A stretch of DNA of 64,000 bases from Klebsormidium nitens. Taxonomy: Eukaryota; Plantae; Klebsormidiophyceae. Of the stretch, positions 12,101-25,000 are shown one piece after another; the first letter of the stretch is position 1, and every line of letters begins with the position of its first letter. The translations under genes and the position numbers were made by a program. The stretch lies in NCBI GenBank assembly GCA_000708835.1, contig DF237239.1, positions 47,446 to 111,445 on the forward strand, in the 5' to 3' direction. The notes below the pieces were generated by a model. That model saw only the letters and a list, made by a program, of their open reading frames with translations, was not told the origin of the DNA and made no database searches.

Positions 12101-15100
12101 GGCTGAAGTTGAAGACGGTGACAAGTCCACAGCTAAGACATGTGTCGTTCTCGACGAGCGTCTTGTCTTGATTGCGACTTGAGATGTTCTATTTTCACGG
12201 TCTCCCAATGCGGACTCATTATCCGGATTTCTCGTTGCTTCAGGAATATCATTCAGAACGGTTTCAACGACACGCTGCCACCTGTGGGTTCCTTGGACCA
12301 GCTGTTTCTGCTGGCGCTGTCCGAAAACAAGTTTACGGGTGCAATCCCGGACGGACTCGGATCGCTCAACGGGCTAAACCGCCTGTGAGTATATCGGGAT
12401 CTGTCCTGGCTTACAAATGCTTGACGCGAACGAACGACTGTGCTTACGACCAATTGACGTCTTCACATGGTTCTGCTTGTGTAATAGTGTAGCCCCAGTG
12501 TGTTTAGCGGTTATTAACAAGAGCACTGCCAACAACATTCTCTCTAGCATCTGCTCCTGAGAATTCTCTTGTGCAGAGCCGAAGGCAGTAAAGTCGATAT
12601 CCTGCCTTTCTCAGCTTTCACAGGCAGTCTCCAGGAGTGTGAAGTATCTGAACGTCAAAAGCTGCTCGTTTCTATGGCAGGGAGCTTGCCAACAACAAGG
12701 GGCTCAACGGCTCCATCCCGTCCAGTTTCGGGGCCACGCCAAGCACGCTGCAATATCTGTAAGAAGCTGCAGAGCCCTCTCGTGCTGTTTAATATCCTAA
12801 CGCGAAAGCTTCCTGCTGAATCTTTGGGCGCCCGCTCGCATGTCAAGACAGTATTTGTCTCGCTCAAATCCTTGAAGCAATCAGATCTTGGAGCTCGACA
12901 TGTGCTGAATGCATCCAAGCTTTCCATGCCCCGTTCTGGCGTCTGGTTCCGCTTTCCTGATGATGGGCTGTTCTGGTGCAGGGACCTGTCTAACAACAGC
13001 CTCAGCGGAACCATCCCAGACAACCTGGGAAACATAGTGAGGTCTGGTCGCGCACTCGTACCATCGCAAACCCACACATTCTCAGTTGTCACGCTGTGAA
13101 CACAATCGAAACACGCCCTATTCTCCTGTCCATAGATTTGAGTCCGTTGCTACACTTGTTCTGGACGTTCTTCGGAGTCCCTAGACGATACGTCACAAGT
13201 CCAACTGAAGTTGGATGTTGGGCCTCGTTTCGACGCACGCAAACTTGTCTTGTGCAGCCTCCAGCAGCTGCTGCTTGGGAACAACAAGCTGACGGGGTCC
13301 ATCCCGGCCAGCTTTGCCAACTTCACGAGCAACCTGCAGACGTTGACTCTCAACTCCAACAACCTCACGGGCCCGACGTCCGTACTCTTTAACCTCTGTC
13401 AGGGGAAACAGTGCTACTATGGCGGTGAGCACGGCGGCTCCCTCATGTATTCCCCACTAACGTTGGTAAACCAAATGCTGGTCGTACCATTGCTTGAACG
13501 GCTTTGGTTGACGATCTTGCCACTCCTTTAAAAACATCCGCCTTTGCTTGTCCGAGGAGCGAAAGGCACCTCCAAGGTCCCCATACACTGAAACAAGCGT
13601 GTCTATATTTTGTGACTAGCGACTTGGTCACAAAACTGCTAGTCGCCAGCAGTTGACGTGATATGCGGCCAAGCTTTTGACTGGAACATGCCAGCAAACC
13701 ATCCGCCGGGACGTCTTCTTACCCCTCACTCAGTAGAGGTGCTCCGGCTGAGATTTTCAGAAACTCGGCCATCCATGGGGAACGGAGGCAGCTGCTCATG
13801 AGTTCCTAGAAATGTACATTTCAGGGGTTTTACCGGGCAGTCATCGCGCCTCACGTCATCTTGAGCTAGTTTGCAAATCTCCTGCAGACAATCCTCTGTT
13901 GGGCGCCCCCGTGCCGGCCCCTGTTGCCCCCAGCCCTCCTGCTAGCCCCCCTCCCAGTAGCGTTGTTCCAGTCCCCGCCCCAGCCCCGGCGGCGGCTAAT
14001 GCGCCATCAGAGAGCTCTTCTGCGCCCATCGCAGCCATTCTGGGGGCAGTTGGGGGGGGCGTTGCGGTCCTGGCGGTGTTTGGCATCCTCTTTGTCTGCT
14101 GCCGCAAGCGCATCTTCAAGGAGAAAGGTGCGCTTCTAAAGCGATGACGTTCGCTCCTTTATCGTCGAAAATACCTTGCAACTTTTTGGAGCGAGGGGCT
14201 TTGGTTCGTTGCTAATGAAACTTGACAAAACGGCAGGTTGTTGCTCGGGGGTGACGCGGTGGCGAAAGAGCGCGTGCATCTTTTATGAGACTAGAAGACT
14301 AGTCTAGTCCTCTAGTCTAGACCTGGCTATTCAGTCCAGCTTGATGCTTCACTATCTTCCCCAGCACAAGTCACGATCCCTTCGCAAGCTTGGTGGTGCG
14401 CAGCAAATGCTTGACCAAAGGACTGCGGGCCTTTTGTCATACCACAGCCTTTATGCAAATCTCTGCAAACTCCCCGAGTCGCCACTCTGAGGAATGTACG
14501 AACATCTTTGTTATGTCAACAAGAAAAAGGACGCAGTCCGTGACCGCATCCTGCTCCAACCGATTCTCCTCGGTTTGCCAGGCGCTACGAATCATTCAGC
14601 TGCGCCGGATCCGTTTGATAAGCTGCCGGTAGCTGAGCCCGTGCAGAGGTCGAAGGCCGGGGGGTTGGCGCACGGAGTGGAAGAGTTTAGGTACGCGCAA
14701 TCGACTTTTTGGACTTCTCAGCTTTTTGCAAGTCGTTACATGGACCACCTGATTGGGTGTGCCTGCCTGCCTGCACAGATGTAAGGCAATAGAGTGGACG
14801 GCATTTGCTGCCTTGTCTTTTCAAGGTTTGGTTTTTCTGGAGATTGATGCCTTATCTTGTCAAGGTTTGCTTATCATCTGCAAGAACTTTCGGTAGTGGT
14901 GTCAGTACGGATAGACCGTCGGCCAGAGGGTAGATGTTGCGTACGTCCGGAGTGCACGTACGCCTTCGTTAAGGTTTTTGAATTATTGCCTCTGTGCGCT
15001 TGCAGCTTCACCGAGTTGACACACGCCACCAATGAATGGCATTCGGACAATGTCATTGGAGAAGGAGGGTACGGCAAAGTTTACAAAGGCGGCCTCCACA

Positions 15101-18100
15101 CGAAAGACGGTCCTCAGGCGCGTCGCTGTCTCCACGTTCTCCGCTGTGCTAAAAGAGCTGCTCAACTTTCTTAAAGTCGGAGCTTCTAGCAGCCATTAAG
15201 TGTCTTCGATATGAAAGAGACGAGACTGCCAGCGTATGGGGACACCCGATCAACCGGATTGAGATTGATAATAGGGACTTCCAATGCACAGCGGTAAGCT
15301 GCTCCGCGTTTCGCCTGCTTCTCGGGGATGGGCTAGGGCGCGAAGCTTTCCTGCGCGCAGTCATTGCTTCGGTGGGCGCCGAGTGCTGACGTCATTTCCT
15401 GCCTGACTCTTTTCAGGTAGTGGCCATCAAGCGCGGCGGCCGCCAGTCGCAGCAAGGCGAGCGCGAGTTCCTGCAGGAGATCTCCGCCATGTCCAGAATC
15501 AGGCACAAGCACCTCGTGAGGAGTTACCAGACATCAGAGAGTGTTTTCAGCACTGGGACTGCTTTAAACGTCACCCGCTTGCTTGCTATTTGGCCGCTTT
15601 CCCAGGGTTTTTCGGAGGCAGCCTCTACGTTCGTAAGTCCGTGGAGCCAGTTTGATACTGAAGAGCGCATTGATCCACCATTCCCAGTTCGCTTCTGGAC
15701 AATGTCAAGGTTTTGCGGTCCTCAGCATGGTGCTCTGCCGTTTTGCCTCTTTCCAGGAAAGCGTGGTTGGCTGATTCCAAAAAAAATGTTTAATCAATAT
15801 TCAGGTGAAGCTGGTCGGCTTCTGCGACGCTGGGGCCGAGCAATGCTTGGTGTACGAGTACATGGTCAACGGGACGGTGCAAGACCACCTGTGGGGTGAG
15901 CACTTTTTGAGAGATGGCTCCCGTGTTGATGAATCTGTCTCGAGATGCTGCAATGGCGAGCCGAGCCACCTTCTTTGCAAAGGTGGATAATTGCTTTGAC
16001 ATTTCAAGGGTTTCCGAAGGTCACACCGGGCCTTCTATCCAAACAGGGTTTCCTGAGTCAAACTGATCTTGCTGTGGGTTGCAGGTCGTCTAGCCGCAGA
16101 CGGCGTTCTGGACTGGCCAACGCGCATCCAGATAGCATTGGGCGCCGCCAAAGGTAAAATGCTCCTTCCTGTCCCAAACTCAGTTTCGGATGCCCGTGTA
16201 ACGAATGCAGAGAGTGGGTATAGGACAGCGGAACACATTCAAAGGTAAGTATAGCAGAGGAGGCACAAGTGCCATGAAAGTGGTACGCTTTGCCAACTCC
16301 CATTCTGGGCCACTGCTTCCCTCAAGCTCCTCGAGAGGTTCTAACTCTCAGCCATCGCTGAAGCAGTGGTTTCTTTCCTGGCAGGATTGGAGTACCTGCA
16401 CACCGCAGTGGAGCCGCCCATCATCCACCGGTGAGCCCTGATGGTCCGCCGACATCTGTCCAAAGCACGGCTGCCGCCTGAGACACCTGGCTGTTTCTCT
16501 TTTCTTTCACGGAGTCCGACACAAGTTTTCGACAGAAGCGGGTCTGCTGTGAACGGACACTGCACATAGATAACGTTCCAAGTTTACCGCCCCCGATGGA
16601 AGCAGACTCGTGAGCCGAAAACGGAGCTCATCAACCTGCCAGCAGAGCTGCTGCTGGACACGTCATTCGCTATGATGTGCTCATGCTACATCTTCTGCTC
16701 GGCCGCTATATTTCAACCGCAGCCACGCTTCTTTTCTGGAGGGGAGTCGTGCGCTCGTCTGGTAATCTGGAGCCTTCAAAGGCTGAAGCTTTTTCGTCTC
16801 GTGTGCGTGCAGAGATGTGAAGCTGACCAACATCTTGTTGGACGGGCAACTGAGCGCCAAGGTGGCCGACTTTGGCATCAGCAAACTAGAAGAAGCGCTG
16901 GAAGGGGCCACCTCGGTCAAGGGAACCCTTGGGTACCTCGATCCGTATTACGTTCAGTTTAACGAGCTGACAATCGCGTCAGGTACGCAACCGTCCAGGA
17001 AGCCCTGCCGTGCTGCATCCAGAGCCTGTTGTGAAGCAAACACTTGGAATTGTCGCACATTTTGCGGCATCTGGTGCCCGAGGTCGGGTTCAAGTGCCTC
17101 TTCTACTTTCGTTTCCGGTTGCTCGAATCAGCGCTGCTTCTCGTTCTGATCTGGGAGCTGACTTGGGCTTCGCTCGTTTCCGCAGACGTGTACAGCTTTG
17201 GGATGGTCCTGTTAGAGATCGTGTCAGCCCGCCCGGTGCTCGGGATCGGGAGCGACGGCAAGCCACGGAGCCTGCTGCAGTGGGTGAGGACTTCCGGCCT
17301 TGTCTGGACGGGAAGGCTAGACCGCCGGCTTTTCCAACCGGCTTGCTTCCAATGCTTTAAAACTATTGCTGGAAGTGCACTGATCGTCATTTTGTTCCCA
17401 AGAATGGTGCCAGTTTGAGGATGCTAGGTGCAAGCAATGAACTCGGCTTCCTTCGTCGCTTGGGCTGATGCAGATTCTGCCCTGAACCTGTGTCAACGTA
17501 ACAGGAGAGACTTCCTTGAAGTCAACATAAGTCGGCATTTCTTTTTTCCCTTCTCCCACAGCTGCGTCACGTCCAGGCGCTCGGCGGCTTGGCAAGTCAA
17601 CTGCGTACGTAAGCTAAGCCAGTCCGTCCCGATCGCCCTCCACTAATGCTTCAAAGGTTCTGTTGTTGTAGGCACTCCCCTTCATCCAAGCCAAGCGCAG
17701 CGCCGAGATCGCCGACCCTCGGCTGGACGGCAAGTTCAACCCGGCAAGCGTGCACGCGTTCTGCGCCCTCGGGCTTACCTGCATCCGCAACACGCCCGCA
17801 AAGCGGCCCACCATGGCCGAAATCCGGGTCCACCTAGAACGCATCGCCAAGCACGCGCTGTCCCGGGCGGACGAGTCTGAAGCTTCTAGCGACGTAACGC
17901 CGTACGATCTTGTCAGCCTGGATTCGTTACCGCCGCCCCCCGGGCCAGGGTCGCCGCTGCCAGAAGCGTGGTTTCGAAGCCAGGGCAGTGGGTCCAGTGA
18001 GGGGCCTCCACTCGGGTTCACTGGCGTTGGTAGCACTATCACGAAGTCGTCTACAGGGGTTCACTCTTTTGGGTCCTCCTACGCTCCATCCCAGAAATCT

Positions 18101-18154
18101 TTAGATCATTCGGCGGCATGGGAGGGACCAATCACCACGTTGCACCCGCGGTAG
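9135..18154 (+). CDS. Leucine-rich-repeat receptor-like Ser/Thr kinase (RLK/Pelle family), multi-exon
   Basis: Signal peptide exon 9135-9237 ([25 protein letters not shown]). LRR N-cap ([25 protein letters not shown], ~9585-9660). Plant LRR exons, e.g. [17 protein letters not shown] (~11351), [18 protein letters not shown] (~11787), [17 protein letters not shown] (~12320), [16 protein letters not shown] (~12982), [17 protein letters not shown] (~13275). Pro-rich stalk and TM segment at 13890-14128. Kinase motifs [19 protein letters not shown]|[41 protein letters not shown]. Stop at 18154. Confidence 0.93.
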
Positions 18155-19158
18155 GATCTGTCACAGCCGAAATACCTTCTCTGGTAGCAAGTAGACTGGC
18201 TCTATTTATTTTGGCTTCAGCAAAGAAGTCGTACACGAGAAACAGAGCAACTGGCGGTATCTGCTCGATATCTTGACCTCAGCTTGAAAGCAGTGCTCGG
18301 GGTCAGGATTCGGTATGCGAAAATGGTACTGCACCGGGATTTGTTGGAGTCCGTTCCGACGCGGCCACTCACAGAACAATTGTGGACTGGAGGCTAGGCT
18401 AGGCTATCATGAAGGTTTTGGAACACCATATGTACGGGCCCATCTTCTTTGTGCTAGAGGGCGTGTGAAGTTCCTACATGCTCTGGCACTGCTGGCGCCT
18501 GTTCACAATCGATTTGACAGCATCATGGCGGCAATGAGTAACCCTTGATGGATATTTTATGTCTAAGTGCGTCTATCAAAGGCACATGGGGCGATGCATG
18601 CAGGTACATTGGCAATGCATCCGGTATGCCCTAAAACTGCCCATATGAGTAGCTGGAGGTTCGCCAGTGGGATGACTCTTCCTAGAACGTGGTAATCATC
18701 ATGCAGGATCCTAACTTATATGCTAAGTTGTGCTCAGAAATTTAGTCGAGATGAAACTGCAATCCGGCCCGGCGTGGCCGCCCCACTCTTGAATCAGGAC
18801 GCTGGAACAGAAGCCAAGCACTAGACACATTGAGTAGTATAAGTCATCATAATTATAAACTTATGATCCTGACGTCCAAGAAAGACACTCGGAGCCTCCA
18901 CACGTCATGCTCCTATGATGGACCTACTAAGCATAGTCACTACTCAAAGCTGTACACTGCTGCACGTACCATGGCTGCCGTCCGATCACCTCGACGCTTA
19001 AGAGTCCAACAAATCAGTTTTTTCTCCAAGCAGGGATTGATTCAAGCACGCCTCGTTTTTACAACGCTCAATGGACGGCGCATCAAAAAACGTGGTGTCA
19101 GACGTGTGAAATGCTACCTAGATGTCAACTTCTTCTACAATAAGTGATCACCCCTCCC

Positions 19159-20791
19159 TCAAGCACTACCTCTTTCAAGCAGACTGATACGGACCTTATC
19201 AATGGCCCCTTCTGTCTGCCTCCAAGCAACCACGGACGTCCTCAAAGCTCCATACACTTCCTCCATCGTTCCCCTGCTGATGTACTGGGGAGGTGGTTGG
19301 CTCAAGACTGGTTCTGGGTTGAGTAAGCACGGCCAGAAGTTCCTATTGACGCTGCGAGCATTCTCAAACAATGCAGCAAAGTCCCTCTCCAGCTCGTCAA
19401 TCATCCTCTGAACACTGGCCTCATCTCTGGTGGCAAGGACGGAGCGCAATGGAAGAGCTGGACTGAAGTCGAAGAAGCCCGCAACTCGATCGACCATATC
19501 CTCTGGCAGCCTGGCGGTGAGCAGGCGAGAATTGTGCCAGTCTTGAAGACCACGGAGCATTTTGTACTTGAGCAGAGCCATGGCCACCAGGTGGGGCAAT
19601 GATTGGTGCCTTGATAGGAAGTAGTTGATGGGCTCCAGCGCGTTCGCTCCATTTATGTTCAGGTAGGGCAGATTCAAGTTGCCCCAATCATACCTGCCGT
19701 CCGGATCGCAAGTGGCCCACACTTCATAAAATCGTATGCTTCCTGATCTTTGCCCAAGCGTAACATCAGAAACGGCGTCTCGTCCCGTAGACCCAGGTTG
19801 TCTGAGCGGCACAACCGGAAGCAATCAAGTTCATGCTCCAGAGCACATTGCAAGGCAGGACGTGTTCCGTAGTTGCAGAGAGCTATAATCAAATCTGAGC
19901 GGGCACGCATATAGGCGCGAGTCTCATGGACGCCCCAGAAGTGGCCTACTGCCGAGTCAAACTCGTCAATAGTGCCGTCCAGTCTTGCCATGAGAGAACA
20001 GGGGGGCAGCGCTCGCAGTTTCGTTTCCTCACNNNNNNNNNNNNNNNNNNNNNNNNNNNNNNNNNNNNNNNNNNNNNNNNNNNNNNNNNNNNNNNNNNNN
20101 NNNNNNNNNNNNNNNNNNNNNNNNNNNNNNNNNNNNNNNNNNNNNNNNNNNNNNNNNNNNNNNNNNNNNNNNNNNNNNNNNNNNNNNNNNNNNNNNNNNN
20201 NNNNNNNNNNNNNNNNNNNNNNNNNNNNNNNNNNNNNNNNNNNNNNNNNNNNNNNNNNNNNNNNNNNNNNNNNNNNNNNNNNNNNNNNNNNNNNNNNNNN
20301 NNNNNNNNNNNNNNNNNNNNNNNNNNNNNNNNNNNNNNNNNNNNNNNNNNNNNNNNNNNNNNNNNNNNNNNNNNNNNNNNNNNNNNNNNNNNNNNNNNNN
20401 NNNNNNNNNNNNNNNNNNNNNNNNNNNNNNNNNNNNNNNNNNNNNNNNNNNNNNNNNNNNNNNNNNNNNNNNNNNNNNNNNNNNNNNNNNNNNNNNNNNN
20501 NNNNNNNNNNNNNNNNNNNNNNNNNNNNNNNNNNNNNNNNNNNNNNNNNNNNNNNNNNNNNNNNNNNNNNNNNNNNNNCGCTCGCAGTTTCGTTTCCTCA
20601 CGGTCGGCGCGGCCTACAGCAGCCTTGATGACATTGCAGGAAGCCTTGTGTTGCGGCCAGTCAGCTTTCTGGTGAGCTTCTGAGCAGTAATAGGTGATAC
20701 GGCAGCGCGAGCATCTGAGTTCCTCAGCAAGCTGCTTATTGCAATGTTGGCAAGTGATAGAAATGCCAGCATTGGTGACAGACTGAACCAT
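19159..20791 (-). CDS. Intronless MYND zinc-finger protein with helical C-terminal domain; split by an assembly gap and carrying a 1-nt frameshift (sequence error or pseudogene)
   Basis: MYND motif CQHC...CSRCRITYYCSEAHQKADWPQHKASC at 20630-20760. Merging the duplicated 23-mer across the gap gives an in-frame DREETKLRALPPCSLMARLDGTIDEFDSAVGHFWGVHETRAYMRAR...LCRSDNLGLRD...LRLGKDQEAYDFMK. The protein continues in another frame as WATCDPDGRYDWGNLNLPYL to the stop at 19159. AAG TG TGG near 19720 lacks one G relative to KWW. Confidence 0.8.
20033..20578. other. Assembly gap, probably spurious (flanks overlap)
   Basis: The same 23-mer cgctcgcagtttcgtttcctcac occurs at 20010-20032 and 20579-20601, and collapsing it restores the MYND reading frame. 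Confidence 0.85.
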
Positions 20792-22090
20792 GCCTGAGGG
20801 CTTTAAAACCAAAAGGGCGGTGGGCCTCTTATACTAGTTCATCAGCTGGTTCTTGTTCTTGTGTAGAGTTGGTTGAGAGACTCTTAGCCCTGAGCAGGAT
20901 TCTTCGATCAAGCTGCCAATCAGGCCAAGATGTGGAACCTCCTGCAATCCCAGCATTACATTGGCCGTGAAGGTAGACAGGCGAATGCAGCGGGATGCAG
21001 CAGACAAATAGAACCCGAGCTGCTGGGCGACCTGCTGCCAGCTGTCCCCAGGAATGCGCACACCCGTAGCCTATCCTACTCCTGCTCCTCAGCCTTGCAA
21101 GTTGCAGCCTGCTCTGCAGCCAAGCAGGGCTTTGATCTAGAACTTTGCAGCTCAGGCAAGAGAGACTCAGAGGATTCTGCGCCATAGATTTTAGATTCCT
21201 GGGAATCTCATAATCCGGAGCACCGTCCGATACATTGTCAAGTAATATTTAGCGAAGCTGGAGGTAGTTGGTCGCCCATGCATGGACATGGCTTGTCCCG
21301 GTTCGCTGCAAACCCTTGCAAGCAGCGTAATATTGGCAACGGAAGTGTTCACTATTACCTGAGCGTTCACTAAGTTTCGAAGCCCCGGGCACACAACCAA
21401 GACCTCAGCTGACCTACCCAGGTGATAGGCCCAATTGCTACATATATACAACGTTAAACGACTCGAGAAGGGATAGCGCCAATACACAGTGCATGTCCTC
21501 GCCGTCGGAATGACACTTCAGGGGTCCCCTTCCCAGCCAATTGCATTTAAATAGGTATGTGGCCGATATCAGTCAGCGGGCGAGCTGCCTTAAAGCTCAG
21601 TGATCAGTTAGGTGTAGGTAGTCTGGCACACTTGATTTGTGCACCACTGTTCGGTAGCAGCAATACCCCTAGCTGATCTGAAACAATCTAGCAATGAGGG
21701 GATGAAGAGATTGTCGGGCCATGCAATTCCTTCTACCAGTGTTGCTGATGATGCGACAGCAACGTTAGCGCCTGCAATGAGGCCAAGCTTTCAAAGACCA
21801 AGTCGGAAGCACCATCCAAAGCTTGGAGCGACAGACGCAGCCCCATCTGAAGTTCAGTAGCTGCGGGACGTGTGTCAATGGCTGCGCTAGCTCATGCACG
21901 AGCTGGCAACTGTCCTACTATTGTCGCGACTCCTGAAGTTCGGAGTGGCATGACCCAGACCTCAAACACTGTTTGTAAATTGAGCAAGCGGGGGCTACGA
22001 CCAGCTGTCCATCAACCAGCCCCCGCAGCTTAGCTGGCAGATTGCCAGGCCCCAGCCCTGCAGGCGCAAGCGGCAGCTGCAGCGCTCATA

Positions 22091-25000
22091 ATGGCGAAGG
22101 TCCACCCCTTACCCCCCCCCATGGCCGCGGCGCCTGCGCCGCGGCTGCACTCAGTGCTGAAAGCCCCACACGAGCTGTCCATGTTCAGCATCACCAAAGT
22201 TGCAAAAAAGGTGGAGCAGGGGGTGGCGTTCAAGGTGCGGAAAACGTTCTTCTCGCCCGCGACGCAGAGCGCGTCGCTGTATATATTCCAAGAAGAGGGA
22301 TGGACGAGGAAGACGTGCATTAGGATTGTGGAGCACCCGTGGTTCGAGCGCTGCGTGCTGCTGATGATTGTGGGGAGCTGCCTCACGCTGGCTATGTACG
22401 ACCCAAAGCAGCCCGCGGACTCGGACTACAATACAGCGCTCAACATTGCGGATATGGTGAGGAGCGTTCTTTGACAATTTCACGCAAACACCTTTGGTTA
22501 ACATCTGCATGTGCCTGCGAAAGAGCGGTGCTTCATGATGAAAGTATGTTTGTCATGCTACGGCCTTCTAGAAAAAGTATGAATGAATGCTCACAGTCAG
22601 CTGCAGAAGAAGCAAGGCATCCTGCATCCCTCGTCAAAAAGTCCGCTGAGAATTGTTTTTGGGTGGTAATCAATGCCACCACCTCAGCTCCTGATTGATT
22701 TTCTCCAAATCCAATGCAGGTTTTCAGCATCCTCTTTGCAATAGAAATGATACTCCGGACAATCAGCCAGTGCTTCATCTTTGCGCCAGATGCGTATCTG
22801 GCTTCCGGCTGGTAAGCCTTACTTCCCGCATCACGGTCCTTCTACCAAGAGAACCCACACCAAATGCTTTTGTGACCTTCTGAGCTTTCGCCAGAACTCT
22901 CTGATGGTTCCTGACGAGTGCATGCTTCAAGTGCTTGTCGCAGAGGCCTCTAGCAACCACCTTGATGATGCCACGCTCTATACATGCAGGCGACGCTTGG
23001 ATTTTCTCATTGTGACGGTTTCGTTCATCTCCTTTATCCCCGGGGCAAACAAGGCTGGCACGGTGCGCGTTGTTCGAGTGCTCCGGCCCCTGAAAGCAAT
23101 CAGCAACCTCAGCGGGGCGCGCATGATGGTGAGTGCCCATGCCACTCTTCCACGTTTCAAGGGTAAGCTTCATCCTTGCGGGAATCAGGAGGACGAAATG
23201 AGTTGAGGTCGACTGTGGTCCAGCACTGTCCCTGCTACTTTGATTTTGAAGTTTACATTAGCAGGAAAGAACGAGAACAGGGGGCTACAAAGAGGGGGAA
23301 TGGTCAAGGTGCTAATGAAGCATGCAAGGGAGATGGTTTCGATGGCAGTCCTGAGGAACGCTGCGAGTAGGTTTAGCTGAGCACTTCGTCCTCAGCGGAG
23401 GAGACTGCAGGGGTTGGACAATTAGAAGCCCATAACACTCGAGCAGTCCTTCCAATACAGCTTTCCAATACAGCTGACGCCCTTCATCAAGTGGATTTCA
23501 GCATCCCAGCCACGTGTCCCCGTCCATACAAGTTCTTCAATTCCTGACATAAGCATCCGGGGAATCTTTGAAACACCATCTTCTCCAAGAATTTCAGTAG
23601 GTTTTGCGACAGGCTCGTCAAGATCTTCAGGGGATGAGTCCACTAGCCTGAAGCCAAATTGAATGCATTTGTGCACTCCGTTCAAGATCTCTAGAAGATG
23701 ATCCCACTTGTTGCGGCTTCCCAGGTGACGACATTGATCGAGTCGCTGCCGTTGATGATGGACGTGGGTATTCTTATCCTGTGGCTGGTGCTCGTCTTCA
23801 GCATCATCGGCATGCAGCAGTGGCTCGGCAAAATGAGCTCCAGGTGCTTCGATGCGGTGAGGCGATCCGCCCCGGTCCAAGCCCAGGTCCCTCCTTAAAG
23901 TGAACTATAAGGGGCCTCGCAAGCGCAACCTTCATTTCCTCAAAGAAACCGTGACCTGAGATAAACATCCTGCCGATATGGCTGTACTCGGACCAGTGTC
24001 CCGCTCTAGTTGTCTTGTGCAATCGTGCGGTGCAAAGCCTTCGCAGCTGCTGACACCGTTCGGCGCAGGATATCTGCGGTAATCCGTCCAGAAAAGTTGC
24101 GATCCTCTGCAGCGGTCCTCTCTTTCGTACGCTCGATCTTATCCCCCATTCGATTTGAGAGGGGTAAAACTCTTTCTTTTGGGCGGCGGGGACAAGTGCA
24201 CTTCCCGTCGTCCCACGTTCTACCGCTTCTTTCCGATTCGGTCAGCCATTTTGCTCACCCTTTTCCTCCTCCTCCCTCCTTGAAGCAAGTCGAGACGCTC
24301 GTACTAGCAACCAGCACCAGCAGGACTGCACTTTACCCAGTATGACTCAAAACATAGCGCGCTTGCAATGCGCTCTGATAGAAGCTCCCCTGAACGGTCC
24401 AAAGAGCGACACACTGACACGTGCTATCCTTATTCTGCCTCTTTACAGAGCCACAACCTAAATCCTGATCTGGTTGACACCCCGTGCGTGGCACCCGAAC
24501 ATCAAGGTGGCCACTGTCCCGTGGATCAGGTCAGTAGTTCCACGCGCGCTTCAGGGCCTTGGCTTGCTTTCTGGATCGTTGGAATCCTACAACACTAAGA
24601 GTTCAGGCGCGTGGGCGTGTTGAGGGCGGCCTTTGTACGGTAACAAATTCAGACCAGAGGGCTTCTTGTTTGCATCTGGGTGCTCATTAATGTTGCGGGT
24701 GCTCAACTGAAGATGCTGAAATGCTAGTCTAGATCACAATCACTCGGAATACCTTCTTCGCAACCGTAGCAACAGCAGGCTGTTCCCCCTATCAACCTTT
24801 TCATGTAGCTTGACCTCTCTTGAGTTGGTGAGTGTTGACAAAAGAAGAATGATTCACGTTCTCCAAGACAAACCTTGCTTCCGTCGTATGGCGGTCGAAG
24901 TCAGAACTTATATCGCCATGGCTGCTGTCAGTGTGTTTCCAACTCCCAAAACCGCCCGCCGCATCCTAACCGACTGCGCAGGATGTTCTCGATGCTGCTC

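Noticed and set aside
18200-19150. Short ORFs between the LRR-RLK and the MYND gene
   Set aside because: No motifs or coding-like composition; treated as intergenic.
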